Positions 10,636 through 20,530 are shown, numbered from the stretch's first letter. The stretch: DNA of 64,000 nt from an uncultured delta proteobacterium (GCA_963721485.1 CAVRJV010000014.1:1228579-1292578); one strand, 5' to 3'. Notes: a model not told the origin generated them from the letters alone. A program made the numbers and translations.

Positions 10636-12417
10636 CTACTTCACAACTATCTTGTAGGCCAGTCTGCCATCTGGATACGGAATCACGACGTTCGGCGGCA
10701 GCAAGGTCCGCTCGCTCCCTTCGAAGACAAATATGCCATGCGGGAATGATACTAGAGCCTTTTGTGGTGGCTCAAACCTATAACGATCGAACCCTGTAAC
10801 AGGGCTGAACAGGCCAGGCTTCTGCAAAACCGGACCACGCTGAAATGAAACTGGAGGATATTGTTCGAAAAACAGTACATAGATGTAAGGCTGATTTGTC
10901 TTCGGCGTGATAACTACGGGCCAATCGTGGCTGTAACGTTGGTCGATCGTGTATAAAAACTCCTGGATACCGTACTGAAAGTACGGCGCTGCAATGGTAG
11001 GAAACTCCTCGAAGTAGTAGCGGAGGTAACGCGCGCCATGAAATATGACTGCCGAAGCAAGCAATGCCACCGCTACAGTCCGCAGCAGCGGCAGCTCTGC
11101 AGTCAAATCCAGAAGCATAACAAAACCCAAGGCCGACAGTAACGTCCAAGGAACCACCGCCAAGATGTCGTGCCGCGAATCTGCGTGAGCGAACAGGACA
11201 GCCGGCGTGACAGGACCTGCCGGAACCTCCTTGGTGAGGAGAACCCAGGGCGTGGGCATCCGGCCGGGTTCGGGAGAGCTGGCGCCTAAGGGCTTTATTA
11301 AGGTCGCTGGTACCGCGGCGATTATGAGCCAAATTACCAGCATGATTGCGATCCTGCGACGCTGCCGGCTGAACAACGCGATCAAACCGAGAACTACCAG
11401 CAGGGCTTGCTCTGGCAGCAATTCACCAAACCCCGGGGGATGAAGCATCGTCCAGTGATCTCCGAGATCGCCGTTGATGAATAGAAAAAAAGGATTGAAG
11501 TTACCAGCGAAGTTAGCTGCTAGCAGATACGGTATCGACTTTGTCGCAAGCTTTACCTGCTCACGGTCGCACCCAGGACAAATCGCGGCGGGATTGAATA
11601 GCGATAGGTTGTGGTATTGCGCCTGCATCTCGTCGAAATGTCGGACGGTGACGACGATCTGCGGCACTGCGAAGGCGATAATCACAGTCAGAGCAATCAA
11701 CGGATAGAGCCAGGCCCGCATCAGTTCCCGCCTGTAGAAGACCACTAGCAAGCCAACCATTAGCGGTGTAGCGAGCCTCGCAACAGAGTAGGAGTAAAGC
11801 GAAGCCCCAAAAAATATCGCGCTTAAAACCAGGAAACGGTTCTTGCGAGTGTGAAGCCAAGCAAAGAAGAACGCGATGGCCAAGGTAGTAGTGGCGGAGG
11901 CCGTGATTGCCTCCTGGCCGAAGCGGCTGAACGCCAAATGCCAAGGCGACAGCGCACCGAGTACCGCTGCCGCTGCCGCTCCCGGCCGTCCAAGCAGCAG
12001 TCCTGCCAGGCAGACTACCGCGCCGAGGTCCACGATCCCCCAGATCGCTGCGCCGACCCGCACAGTTGTGGTTTTGAGTCCGAATACCGCGACCAACGGC
12101 ACCAACGAGTATTGGAGCAGCGGCATTCGGAAGTCGTTAAAACCCTGCATGACGATCGGCATGAAGTTTCCGTGATGATCCCGCCCGGTCATTAGAATGC
12201 TGTATGCGTCGTATCCGTCGCAGGCCTCATCTTGATTGAGTGCGGGCGGCATCTGATTCAGTCGGACGACGCGCAGACCGGCACCTGCAACCAGCGCCAG
12301 GACCAGCACGGTGACGCTCAGCAGCTTGACCGGACTCTTGTTCGAAGTGCGCGAAGCATCGGCGCCCCGAGGTTCGGGAGCCGCCTTCGACGCCAATTCT
12401 AGGTGTTGATTGTTCAC
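10636..12417 (-). CDS. GT39/GT83-type (ArnT/PMT family) membrane glycosyltransferase
   Basis: 593-aa polytopic ORF. The first periplasmic loop has LNQDEACDGYDAYS, then FSRFGQEAI and many helices. It lies immediately upstream of, and on the same strand as, the disrupted paralog 9065..10622. Confidence 0.65.
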   Translation of the reverse strand: MNNQHLELASKAAPEPRGADASRTSNKSPVKLLSVTVLVLALVAGAGLRVVRLNQMPPALNQDEACDGYDAYSILMTGRDHHGNFMPIVMQGFNDFRMPLLQYSLVPLVAVFGLKTTTVRVGAAIWGIVDLGAVVCLAGLLLGRPGAAAAAVLGALSPWHLAFSRFGQEAITASATTTLAIAFFFAWLHTRKNRFLVLSAIFFGASLYSYSVARLATPLMVGLLVVFYRRELMRAWLYPLIALTVIIAFAVPQIVVTVRHFDEMQAQYHNLSLFNPAAICPGCDREQVKLATKSIPYLLAANFAGNFNPFFLFINGDLGDHWTMLHPPGFGELLPEQALLVVLGLIALFSRQRRRIAIMLVIWLIIAAVPATLIKPLGASSPEPGRMPTPWVLLTKEVPAGPVTPAVLFAHADSRHDILAVVPWTLLSALGFVMLLDLTAELPLLRTVAVALLASAVIFHGARYLRYYFEEFPTIAAPYFQYGIQEFLYTIDQRYSHDWPVVITPKTNQPYIYVLFFEQYPPVSFQRGPVLQKPGLFSPVTGFDRYRFEPPQKALVSFPHGIFVFEGSERTLLPPNVVIPYPDGRLAYKIVVK

Positions 12418-12632
12418 TATCCCGGGCGAGCAGTCCGACGCAATTACTTAGCAACAAAAGGGAATTCCAGCAATTCGACCTGATTCAAGAGGGGGGTCCT
12501 CAGGCGGGCGGTCAAAATGAGAAATTTGGCTGTTCATTCGTGCTTGCTTTAGAGTTATATTTTGTTACTTCTTTGGGGCCGCTTGGGGACGATCTGGCCG
12601 GCGTTTTTTAGCCTTCGCCGGGGACGGGAGAA

Positions 12633-15533
12633 TTGGATTCAGCAGTTAGACTCGCTCGCAATTGGCGTCGGCGAACGCCTGTCTTTGTCGCACTCATCGT
12701 CGTCGCGTTGTTTGCGGCGATTGTGTTTGCGAGCGGCAACACCGCCGACGGCGTGCTGGGGCAATCGGATTTCACCCATACTGCTGCCAACCTCGTGGAT
12801 GCCAAAGGGCTCTTCCTTCCCAACGCGGTAGCGATCGACACGAGCGGCGCGCCGAATCGAATTTACGTCAGCGACCGCAACAATAATCGCGTACTGGGGT
12901 GGCAGGACGCAGCAACCTTCGCGAACGGCGCGCCGGCCGATCTTGTAATCGGGCAACCGGATTTTCTTTCGTCGCAGTGCGGGGCTGTAAGTGCATCGAG
13001 TCTGTGCGATCCCGACGGCATCGCAGTTGACGGATCGGGCAATCTCTATGTCGTGGATTTCAGCCGCAGCCGGGTGCTTGAGTTCACGAAACCATTCGAA
13101 GCGTGCAACAAACCCTTTCCGTGCGTCGGCGGTCCGGCCAATCTGGTATTCGGTCAGGGTGGGAGTTTCACTTCCGGTGAATGCGACAGCGACACGGCCG
13201 GTGTCTCTCCCACCGCAATCGATCTGTGCAACCCGTCGAATGTAACCGTGGACCACCTTGGCAATGTCTTAGTATCGGATTCCGGCAACAACCGAGTACT
13301 CGAATACAACACACCGCTATCGAACGGAGTTACTGCCTCAGAAGTGTTTGGCCAAGGCGGAAGTTTCACGACCGGAGGGTGCAACAACTCCGATACCCCC
13401 GGAGGCACTCCCAGCAATATCGGCTTGTGCGACCCGACCGGGGTCGTTGTCGACGGCAGCGACAATCTATACGTCGCGGATACTGCAAACAATCGGATTC
13501 TCGAATACAACAATGCGCTCTCCAGCAATGGCACAGCGGGTACCGTTTTTGGGCAGGGCGGCGACTTCGCATCAGGTCTCTGTAATTTCGACATAGTAGA
13601 GGGCACTTCCACGGCTATCGACTTGTGCGGTCCAACTGGCCTGGCGCTCGATGCCGCGGGCGACCTTTACGTGGCCGACGGCGGCAATAGTCGTGTACTG
13701 GAGTACAACACGCCACTGACGACTGGCGTGACGGCGGAGCAGGTGTTCGGCCAGAGTGGTAGCTTCTCCTCTAACGTCTGCGACTCCGACGTTCCTATTC
13801 CAGGCAGCGAACTCGACGGCAGCAGCGCGAACGATCTGTGCTCTCCTGAAGGAGTCGCGGTCGACGCATCGGACAACCTCTACGTAGCGGATACCCAGAA
13901 CAACCGTGTGGTTGAAATCAACGCTCCGCTCTCCACTAACACCACCGCTGACCGCGTGCTGGGACAGCTCGATTTCGTCCATCAGAAGGAGAACCTGACT
14001 GACGCTCAAGGACTGTACACGCCGGAGGGCGTGGCGATCGACACCAGCTCGACGCCGAATCACGTTTACGTCTCGGACTTCAGCAACAATCGGATATTGG
14101 GGTGGAACGACGCTGCAACGTTCCTCAACGGAGCTGCGGCAGACCTGGTGATCGGCCAGCCGGATTTCCTGTCCTACTTTTGTAATGGAGCAACCGAAGC
14201 GGCGGTGAGCGCAAGTAGCTTGTGCGACCCTGTGGGCGTCGCTGTTGACGGCTCGGGAAACCTCTACGTGGCAGACAGCGAAAATAATCGCGTGCTGGAG
14301 TTCACCAGCCCGTTCGCAGCCTGCAGCAACACTTTCCCATGTGTCGGCGGCGCTGCGAGCGTAGTACTCGGCCAGGGATCGAGCTTGAGCTCCAATACAG
14401 CAAACAATGGCGGAGTCAGCGCGAACAGCCTGGACATGCCTGTGGGAGTCGCGGCAGACGGATCGGGAAATTTGTACGTCGTCGATAGTGGCAATAACCG
14501 AGTGCTCGAATACAACGCTCCAGTGACCAGCGGAGCCTCTGCAGCGCTGGTCTTTGGTCAAGGTGGGAGCTCCACTTCGCACGCGTGTAACTTCGATACT
14601 GGCGGCTATCTGAAAGGAGCATCGGCGATCGATCTTTGCGATCCTTCAGGCGTTACCGTAGATGCATCGGAGAACGTCTATATTGCCGATTTCAGCAACT
14701 CGCGAGTGCTTGAGTACAAAACTCCGCTCAATCAGCCCAACACCAGTCCGATGGCAAACGAAGTTTTTGGCCAGGGTGGAAGCTTCAGCTCGAATCGATG
14801 CAACAAGGGCGGAATTGGCGCCGCAACCCTGTGTGATCCAGATGGCATCAATGTGGATGGATCGGGCAATCTCTACATCGCCGACAACGTCAACAATCGC
14901 GTGCTCGAATATAATACGGCTTTAAGTAATACGACTGCGGACCAGGTTTTTGGCACGTGTGGGAGTTTCACATCTTCGGTATGCGTCGGCACCGGCGCCG
15001 ACAGCCTAATCGATCCAACCGGAGTCGCAACGGACAACTCGGGCAACCTCTACGTGGCTGATCGTGAGGACAATCGCGTGCTGAAGTACGATAAGCCGCT
15101 GACCATTGCAACTCCAACCGCCACTGCCACGTCGACCGCCACTGCAACACCGACCGCTACGGCCACGCCGACGGCCACAGTGACGCCAGTGCCAGCGTCA
15201 TTGAAGGTGTCGCCGACAAATATCCGCTTCGCTTCGACAATGGGGGTAACAAGCAAACCGCACAAGGTGAAGGTCGCTGCTGGAGCCAATGCGCAAAAAC
15301 TGTCCATTCTCATCGAGGGCGCATCGGCGACGCCCCCTTTCAACATCGATGGGGCAAGCACTTGCCGCGTCGGCATGCAGCTGGCGGCCAAGAGTAGCTG
15401 CTTCTTCTCTCTGACCTACACCCCAGGCGGGCTGGGCGAGCAGCCGGGAACATTCACCATAACTGACGACGCACAGGGCGGCGGCCAAACAATTGTCACC
15501 CTGAGCGGCACTGGCAAGGCGGCTAAGAAGTAG
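12633..15533 (+). CDS. secreted NHL-repeat double beta-propeller protein with short PT linker and one C-terminal Ig-like (choice-of-anchor D / HYDIN-type) domain
   Basis: 966 aa with a signal/anchor (RRRTPVFVALIVVALFAAIVFASG). About 12 repeats of the D.SGNLYVAD..NNRVLEY type form two internally duplicated halves. Then linker ATPTATATSTATATPTATATPTATVTP and a terminal ~110-aa domain ending TLSGTGKAAKK. Confidence 0.8.
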   Translation: MDSAVRLARNWRRRTPVFVALIVVALFAAIVFASGNTADGVLGQSDFTHTAANLVDAKGLFLPNAVAIDTSGAPNRIYVSDRNNNRVLGWQDAATFANGAPADLVIGQPDFLSSQCGAVSASSLCDPDGIAVDGSGNLYVVDFSRSRVLEFTKPFEACNKPFPCVGGPANLVFGQGGSFTSGECDSDTAGVSPTAIDLCNPSNVTVDHLGNVLVSDSGNNRVLEYNTPLSNGVTASEVFGQGGSFTTGGCNNSDTPGGTPSNIGLCDPTGVVVDGSDNLYVADTANNRILEYNNALSSNGTAGTVFGQGGDFASGLCNFDIVEGTSTAIDLCGPTGLALDAAGDLYVADGGNSRVLEYNTPLTTGVTAEQVFGQSGSFSSNVCDSDVPIPGSELDGSSANDLCSPEGVAVDASDNLYVADTQNNRVVEINAPLSTNTTADRVLGQLDFVHQKENLTDAQGLYTPEGVAIDTSSTPNHVYVSDFSNNRILGWNDAATFLNGAAADLVIGQPDFLSYFCNGATEAAVSASSLCDPVGVAVDGSGNLYVADSENNRVLEFTSPFAACSNTFPCVGGAASVVLGQGSSLSSNTANNGGVSANSLDMPVGVAADGSGNLYVVDSGNNRVLEYNAPVTSGASAALVFGQGGSSTSHACNFDTGGYLKGASAIDLCDPSGVTVDASENVYIADFSNSRVLEYKTPLNQPNTSPMANEVFGQGGSFSSNRCNKGGIGAATLCDPDGINVDGSGNLYIADNVNNRVLEYNTALSNTTADQVFGTCGSFTSSVCVGTGADSLIDPTGVATDNSGNLYVADREDNRVLKYDKPLTIATPTATATSTATATPTATATPTATVTPVPASLKVSPTNIRFASTMGVTSKPHKVKVAAGANAQKLSILIEGASATPPFNIDGASTCRVGMQLAAKSSCFFSLTYTPGGLGEQPGTFTITDDAQGGGQTIVTLSGTGKAAKK

Positions 15534-15909
15534 TAAGGTTCCGCGCGTTGCACCCCGGGAGCCCGACCGAGCCAAAGGCAGGAAAGACGGGTCGGCATCT
15601 GGGCGACGCCGGCGGGAAGAGAGGGGTTCTGCCAACCGAGCCGGAGCATCACCCTAGATATTAAATTCGCCTTATCGCCTCAATTCACGCCCCAGCTGCG
15701 CTGTGGAACCACCTGTACTGGGGCTGCCAATCCGTCTGGTCCATCGACTGCGACTTCAACTTTGACACTCAGTTCTTCCTCAAACTCCGAAAAGATCGTC
15801 AGTTGCTGTCAGTGGCTGATAGTTATGAACTGCCATCGCCGAATCGCTGGACGTTTCCGGCTATTTTTCCGAGAAAAACCCGACAATCCGCGCTCCGAAG
15901 GCCGCTTTC

Positions 15910-17333
15910 TTACTGATGGTCACTGACAGATACTGACGATCTTTTCCGAGGATCGGAACCAGAGACCAGCGATACTATGCGTCTGCCCCGAACATCGGCG
16001 CGGCTGAACTGGATCTCGATTCCGGCAGCACGAAGATTGGCTGCCATGCGGCGCAGCGCGTTGCCCAGCGCATTCGGCGCCTTGGGCCAGCGTACCGAGC
16101 GGCGCATGCTTTCACTCATCATGCCGGTGAGCCGCGCATGCAGTTCCGTGACCGTCCCGCTAAAGCCCTCCTGGGCCAGCTCGGCAACCGGTTCGTACAG
16201 GGGCGAGGACTCAAGCGCCAGGTTGTGCGTCTCGGTGCGGTTGGACTGGTAAGCAATCAGGGCCTCTCCAGGTTTCATTCCGAGGCTTTCCTCGCAAGCA
16301 TTTACCCAGAGCGCGAAGTCGGCCATCCGCGGCGGCTGATCGAGCCTGACGTTGGGCAGGTTCCTGAGTCCCGCACTGGCGGCATCGAGCAGTGCGCCCA
16401 GGATTCGCGGTCGTACCTCCTCGAACTCGCGCCAGAACTGCGCCTCGTCGCGGCGCATCTCGGGCTTCATGTCGAGGAACTCCACGATCACCGCGCGATC
16501 GAGAAAGTCGGGCCGCGCGGCACCGAGGTCGGGAATCGCATTGAACACCATCGGGCGGGTCGCGTCGAAGATCGCTTCGTCATGATCGCTGTAGAGTTCC
16601 CGGCCGCCGAAGCCGCCGCCGGTGGCCAGTCGGCAAGCTGCGTCGGCGAGCTCCTCCGGCAGATGGCTCAAGTTATCGAAGCATACGAGCCAGGAATTCC
16701 TTGCCGCCGCTATCAGATCGCGAACTTCACGGGGTACGCCACGCAGCGCCCCGGTACGCGGATCGATCAGCGCGCTGATTATTCTGCACGCGGTCGTCTT
16801 GCCCGCTCCCTGCTCACCCTTGGCGACCAGGATTGGGCAAGGAACGCTGGGACGCAGCGCCGCGACCAGGAAGGCCTTGATCAGGGTCCAGCCCTGGTGG
16901 TCGACGTTGAGGAAGCGGCGTAGTTCGTCGAGACTGCCGCCGCGCTCGGGTGCGGGCAGCGGCCGGGAGCCGCGTGTGCGACGAAATCTCGGCGGCGGTC
17001 GATCTACTATCCGCCACCCTTCGGCATCGATCTCGACCGCCCGCCACGCGCGGTCGCAGAGGTCCAGATAGAGCTTCCCTCGTGATTTGCGACGCGGAGA
17101 TTGATGAGAGATTCCTCACCATCAAACAGGGCTTTCGCTTCCAACAGATCCAGCGTGGCGCGGATGGCTTGCGCGCCGGGGCTCTTGCCGGTCTCCTGGT
17201 AGTAGGTCCGCAGCAGGAAGAGCTGGAACGGGCGGGAGCGAACGGGACGATTCTCGCAGTGCCCATCGACCCGAATCGAAGCCCAGCCGTGCTGGTCGGG
17301 ATCGTGAAAGAGCTCGATTCCAGTGTCGAGCAC
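15910..17333 (-). pseudogene. phage/plasmid-type P-loop NTPase (D5/P4 helicase-like), one frameshift
   Basis: The frame of ORF 15910..16671 stays open upstream to ~17080 and contains the Walker A motif GEQGAGKTT. The N-terminal 85 aa (ORF 17007..17333, ELFHDPDQHGWASIRV...) are in another frame. The join (RVANHEG / KLYLDLCD) needs a 1-nt change at the CCC run 17077-17079. Confidence 0.55.
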
Positions 17334-17342
17334 AAGTCGATA

Positions 17343-17618
17343 TCAGTCTGTCCGCGGCGGACTCGCCGTCGCCGGAATCAAGGGCACCGGCGCGCCGAGC
17401 ATGTACTCGATCAGATCCGCTTTTTCGTATTTCTCGAGAATCCTGCGCCAGCGTTGCCACGTGACGGGGTCCCCGCGCCTGATCGCCGCGAAAGGAGAGT
17501 ATCGCTTCGGTCGAGACCAGCCGCTCCGGATCTTCTGCGACCGGGGCTCGAGTTCGCGCAGGAACAGCAGCGCCATCTCGACTGCGATGCTGCGGGGTGA
17601 TTCGCCTGCCGCACCCAT
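17343..17618 (-). CDS. small hypothetical protein (phage-module context)
   Basis: 91-aa ORF packed tightly between the HNH gene (stop 17622) and the helicase-like gene (start 17333) on the same strand. No recognisable motif. Confidence 0.4.
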   Translation of the reverse strand: MGAAGESPRSIAVEMALLFLRELEPRSQKIRSGWSRPKRYSPFAAIRRGDPVTWQRWRRILEKYEKADLIEYMLGAPVPLIPATASPPRTD

Positions 17619-17621
17619 CGT

Positions 17622-18119
17622 TCAGAACCTGGGAGTAAGCTTCCTGGACTTGGCCCGGTTACAGCGCCGGCAGAGGGTCTGAAGGTTCGATTCCTCGGTC
17701 TTGCCTCCCTTGCTGACTGGAACGATGTGATCCATCTCCAGCTTGATCGACCTCCTGCATCTTCGACATCGTCCGCCGTCGCGTACCAGCACTGCCGCGC
17801 GCATGCTGTCCGGCACCCGCCGGTCAGCAACGCGGTCCTGCCAGCTCGGCTTTTCCATCGCGGTGAAGTCGACGAAGTCGGCGAACGCAGTCAAGTCCAG
17901 AGGCTCGGTCGCCCCTATAAGCCGCTCCAGCTTGACCGGACTGTTGGGCAGGAGGTTATTCATTCGCGCAGAGAGCAGCAGCAGGCAGATCAGGTGAGCC
18001 TTCCGCGCGTCGGGAAGCTGACGGAAGCGGATGTCGTTCAACAGATCGTAGGGCAACTTGATCTCCCTGCGGGTGCGCTCGAACTGGCGGAAATTGCGAA
18101 AGCCGAAACATTCCTGCAT
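17622..18119 (-). CDS. HNH endonuclease
   Basis: C-terminal motif VLVRDGGRCRRCRRSIKLEMDHIVPVSKGGKTEESNLQTLCRRCNRAKS is a textbook HNH/ZnF signature. Confidence 0.8.
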   Translation of the reverse strand: MQECFGFRNFRQFERTRREIKLPYDLLNDIRFRQLPDARKAHLICLLLLSARMNNLLPNSPVKLERLIGATEPLDLTAFADFVDFTAMEKPSWQDRVADRRVPDSMRAAVLVRDGGRCRRCRRSIKLEMDHIVPVSKGGKTEESNLQTLCRRCNRAKSRKLTPRF

Positions 18120-18125
18120 GACGGT

Positions 18126-19003
18126 CTATTGCTGGTTGGGCTCGATGCAGTTGATCTTCACGACCGCGACCGGCGGCTTACGGTAGGGTTCGAGGTTGAC
18201 TCCGCGGAGCTCGGGAACCGCTGAGTAATCGACCGCGCCTTTGCGCGAGCTCTTCAGCACTTCGACGCCGCAGCCGTACGTCCGCCTCGCTGTCGCCATA
18301 GACGCAAGCATTGCGCGCAGCTTGTGCTCCTCGGCTGTTGCGTTTTCCAGCCGGAGCCTGGCTTCACGGTAACGAAGCGCGGTGTGGCGCCATTTTGGAT
18401 CTGCGCTCAGATCCAGTTCCTCGTTGGCCAGTTCGGGCCAGCGGTTTTCCTTCACCAGTTGCCAGAACGAGGCCTCTGCCTCTACCAGCCGTTTCGCGTA
18501 TTCCCGGTCGGGGCGTATTTCGACCAGGACTCCGACGCTCCCGTGGAACGACCAGTAGTGCGCCCGTTCTGCTCCGGAGACCTCCAGCTGATGCTGTAGT
18601 TGCGCGTAGTACTGCGAAGGGACGCGACCTTGCTGGCTGATGTGCGGTCCCGGAGACTGAGCGGGCATTTGATCTCCACGAGCGTGGAGCCGTCGAAGCT
18701 GAGCCCGTCGAGCGACGCCCGCATCCACTCGAACTCTTCGTGGACCAGGCACAGCGGCTCCACCTGGATTCCTGTTCGTCGCTCGTATGCGCGACGGGCG
18801 AAACGCTCCAGTTCGCGACCGCGTCGCGCTGCCGGACCCGCCGAAGCTTCTTGCATACGCCCGGTCTTTATCGACCAGAGCGTTCTCGGGGTCTTGAAGG
18901 CGGTCTCGCCCATGATCACCGGAGCGTCGCTGGCGCCGATGCCCTGCATGCGCCAGCGGTGCCATTCGGGAGTGTTCTGATGCAGCCGCTCAATTGTGGG
19001 CAT
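18126..19003 (-). pseudogene. YqaJ/lambda-exonuclease-like recombination exonuclease, frameshifted
   Basis: The N-terminal 125 aa are in ORF 18482..19003 (TPEWHRWRMQGIGASDAPVIMG, RGRELERFARRAYE, LVEIKCP). The C-terminal part is in ORF 18126..18965 (HISQQGRVPSQYYAQLQHQLEVSG...). The frame change lies between 18646 and 18665. Confidence 0.7.
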
Positions 19004-19787
19004 GAACAGTCTCCTGATTATCCCGTTTGGCCAGTTTGCGATTCAGCACTTCGATCGCGCGCCGGTAGGCGGTTTCGGTCAGTTCGGAGAGCGAAGCGAC
19101 CTTGTAGTACGCGAGCACCCGTTCCAGTTCGGTCCCGGTCTCTTCGATCAGGCTCTGCAGCTCTCGAACTTGATCGCCGCTGATCAGACGTTCGGGATTG
19201 GCTGCCGTGATGCGGTCGAGCCGGTCATCTTCCGGGTCGTCGCCGGTGGCGAGCAGGAATGACTGGAGCAGTGCGTACTTCAACGCTCCGGTCATCGCCT
19301 TGTACGGCGCCTTGTCGCCGGGATCGAGCCCCTGCCCCGCGACCTTCGCAATGATCTCTTCGCCGCTGTCGACGTCGGCGAAGGTGTAGGCCATTACCAC
19401 ACGCGCCATCCGGGTGCCTTCTCCGCGTCCCGCCGCTGATTCGTAGGAGATATCTTCGAGTCTGGGGATGACGACAACCCCGAGTTCGGCGAGTATGTCC
19501 CCGACCGAGCCGGCGATATCGGCGGCGGTCACGTAGCTGTAGTTGGACCGCTCGTTATGACCGCGCTTCTGGATGTAGCCGATGCGGCGGCGAACTTCGG
19601 CCAGCTTCTGTCGGAGATTCAGTCGCACTGGAGCTCCAGGATCTGAGACGTTGAAAGTCGAAGCGCTCGTCTCGACGGCAGCGGGTGCCTCGGTCCGGCG
19701 CGCCTCGGGATCTCGAGGTCCCGTTCTGCGACGCTGCTTGTTTACGATCGCTGTTTCGATTCTTCTTGAAGAGCCGCTTGGCGCCAC
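18990..19787 (-). CDS. ERF-family single-strand annealing protein
   Basis: LRQKLAEVRRRIGYIQKRGHNERSNYSYVTAADI and GDKAPYKAMTGALKYALLQSFLLATGDDPED match the ERF pattern. The true start may be the internal GTG near 19628 (VRLNLRQKL). The upstream 160 nt overlap ORF 19555..20127. Confidence 0.65.
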   Translation of the reverse strand: MAPSGSSRRIETAIVNKQRRRTGPRDPEARRTEAPAAVETSASTFNVSDPGAPVRLNLRQKLAEVRRRIGYIQKRGHNERSNYSYVTAADIAGSVGDILAELGVVVIPRLEDISYESAAGRGEGTRMARVVMAYTFADVDSGEEIIAKVAGQGLDPGDKAPYKAMTGALKYALLQSFLLATGDDPEDDRLDRITAANPERLISGDQVRELQSLIEETGTELERVLAYYKVASLSELTETAYRRAIEVLNRKLAKRDNQETVHAHN

Positions 19788-20127
19788 CGTTTTTTTCGTT
19801 CGCCTGCCCTCCCTTTAGCGAAGCTTCCAGCAGCACCTCGAGTTCGGTTTGCTCCATTCCGGGGACATGCTCGACCTGGATTGGTTTTGCCTCGCCCTTG
19901 TCCCCAATTTGAAACACATTGCCGTCTTCGTCGACGTACAGCCCTTCCTCCGATTCGACGCGGGTGACAGGCCGGCCAACTAGGGTCGCCACTTCAGCCT
20001 GGTCGGCTTCGCGAACCGCGTACCATTCTCGGGCGCTTTGCATCGCGCCGACGGAGCTACTCGCTTCTGGTCCGGATTCATTCAGAATACAGAGGTAGCC
20101 GTTGAGGTAATCAAGCGTCGATTTCAT
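19555..20127 (-). CDS. hypothetical protein (only the first ~110 codons look protein-like)
   Basis: The ORF starts with ATG at 20127. The acidic N-terminal part is plausible. The Arg-rich tail overlaps the ERF ORF in another frame downstream of an A7 run (~19791-19797), so the 3' boundary is doubtful. Confidence 0.3.
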   Translation of the reverse strand: MKSTLDYLNGYLCILNESGPEASSSVGAMQSAREWYAVREADQAEVATLVGRPVTRVESEEGLYVDEDGNVFQIGDKGEAKPIQVEHVPGMEQTELEVLLEASLKGGQANEKNGGAKRLFKKNRNSDRKQAASQNGTSRSRGAPDRGTRCRRDERFDFQRLRSWSSSATESPTEAGRSSPPHRLHPEARS

Positions 20128-20221
20128 TTGCGCTTTCTCCTTTCTGCCTACTGACTAAACTATCGCTCTTAACGACAGTTGTCAACTATCGATATGACCG
20201 TTTGGTGCAAGGAGGGAGTCC

Positions 20222-20530
20222 TTGGCGCATTCTTTGAAGGATGGACCCGTTCGGGCTAGTCTGATTTCCTCACTGATCGACTGGCGGCGGTTTGCGAGGT
20301 GGCACAGGATGAAGCGCGGCACGAAGAAGAAAAACAGCGCGGTCGAGCGAGCGGTTACGGCGGTTGGGGGTCCCACCAAGGCAGCAGGAATCTGCGGCGT
20401 ATCGAACACCGCCATCCACAAGTGGATACGCCGAGGAAGCGTAACACTTCTTAAGCATGCTCTTCGTCTATCGCGCGCTTCCGGGATACCCATTGAAGAG
20501 TTCGTCGGTGAGGAAGAGGAAGAGCCGTGA
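20222..20530 (+). CDS. Cro/YdaS-like helix-turn-helix regulator
   Basis: AVTAVGGPTKAAGICGVSNTAIHKWIRRGSV resembles the YdaS/Cro HTH. Probable real start is MKRGTKKK near 20309. It is divergent from the recombination operon, as in phage switch regions. Confidence 0.55.
   Translation: MAHSLKDGPVRASLISSLIDWRRFARWHRMKRGTKKKNSAVERAVTAVGGPTKAAGICGVSNTAIHKWIRRGSVTLLKHALRLSRASGIPIEEFVGEEEEEP

Noticed and set aside
12445-12475. 12-nt match to the IS terminal repeat core (gtcgaattgctg on the minus strand) in the 12418-12632 intergenic region.
   Set aside because: It lacks the CTGTGTGTG tip and any partner repeat. A 12-mer match alone is not enough to call an IS remnant.
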